64,000 bases of DNA from Prorocentrum cordatum (lineage: Eukaryota), in NCBI GenBank assembly GCA_963575745.1, contig CAUYUJ010000070.1, positions 434,001-498,000 on the forward strand, given 5' to 3'. A program made the translations under genes and the position numbers. The stretch's first letter is position 1. Every line of letters begins with the position of its first letter. The notes beneath the pieces are model-generated. The model searched no databases, had not been told where the DNA came from, and was given only the letters and a program-made list of their open reading frames with translations. Below are positions 63,501 through 64,000 of the stretch, piece by piece.

Positions 63501-64000
63501 CCGCAGCCCAGTACTAAGGGCGCGGCGCACCTCGTCGGTATACAGCCCAGGGCCCGATTCAAGTTGTCGAAGAATACGTCTTTGTCACGTCGGCGCGCCG
63601 CACGGGCAGCCGCGGGAATTAAACGGGCCCAGAGCCTGCCAGCGGGGGCACGACGTAGAAGTCGACGCGGGGCTTGTGCTGAACTCGGATGCCAACCAAG
63701 TTGCCCAATCGCCATCAGTGCGATACTCTGATGTCGCCTCTTGAAACGATACTCTTAGATATCAATGGCCACTCCATCCTTCAGGTGTCGGGCTGATCTA
63801 AGAGAAGGGGCGATGATGTCGTCCGCTTGATTGGGAGCATGGCTCCTTGCAGGGCAAGAACATCAACTCGGGCGTTCGCTGCGTATCTGAGGACCTCGCC
63901 CAATCTGCCAGGCATCAGCACGGCCTCGGCGTTGTAAGACCCAACATTGACAGACCCGCGCCGCGGCACGCGGTGGGAGAAGCGATGGCAGGAGCGCCAC
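60600..64000 (-). pseudogene. Decayed LINE ORF2 (APE endonuclease and reverse transcriptase); runs off the window
   Basis: GSYNAE...VDVLALQG at 63781-63969; linker and CRTLSIRDHLGK in 62072..62818; GVCQGSVEGPPLFF near 61780-61822; ICLVDG (decayed YADD); KVRLWLSL...HGLE. Confidence 0.85.

Overview
Repeat-dominated, GC-rich eukaryotic DNA, almost certainly from a dinoflagellate: a perfect 22-nt dinoflagellate spliced leader (DinoSL) plus a relict SL lies at 45259-45295 on the minus strand. A Prorocentrum-like genome is my guess from GC content and repeat style, not something the sequence shows. I can support no intact host gene; most ORF-track entries come from microsatellites, satellites or high GC. 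Recognisable coding remnants: (1) a full-length but decayed LINE (40091-45295, minus) that starts exactly at the tandem SL and is flanked by (GGA/TCC)n; (2) a 5'-truncated LINE with RNase H (about 46580-49330, plus); (3) a decayed LINE with an extra ORF downstream of pol (about 59530-64000, minus); (4) an APE endonuclease fragment; (5) a Merlin/IS1595-type transposase inside a 5-kb TIR element with a 5-bp flanking duplication (52921-57938). Non-coding structure: two copies of a 5.3-kb CAG...CTG element filled with a palindromic hairpin satellite, nested in a ~20-kb interval bounded by 52-bp inverted repeats, plus several foldback elements, minisatellites and long GGA, CAT, CT and AT tracts.
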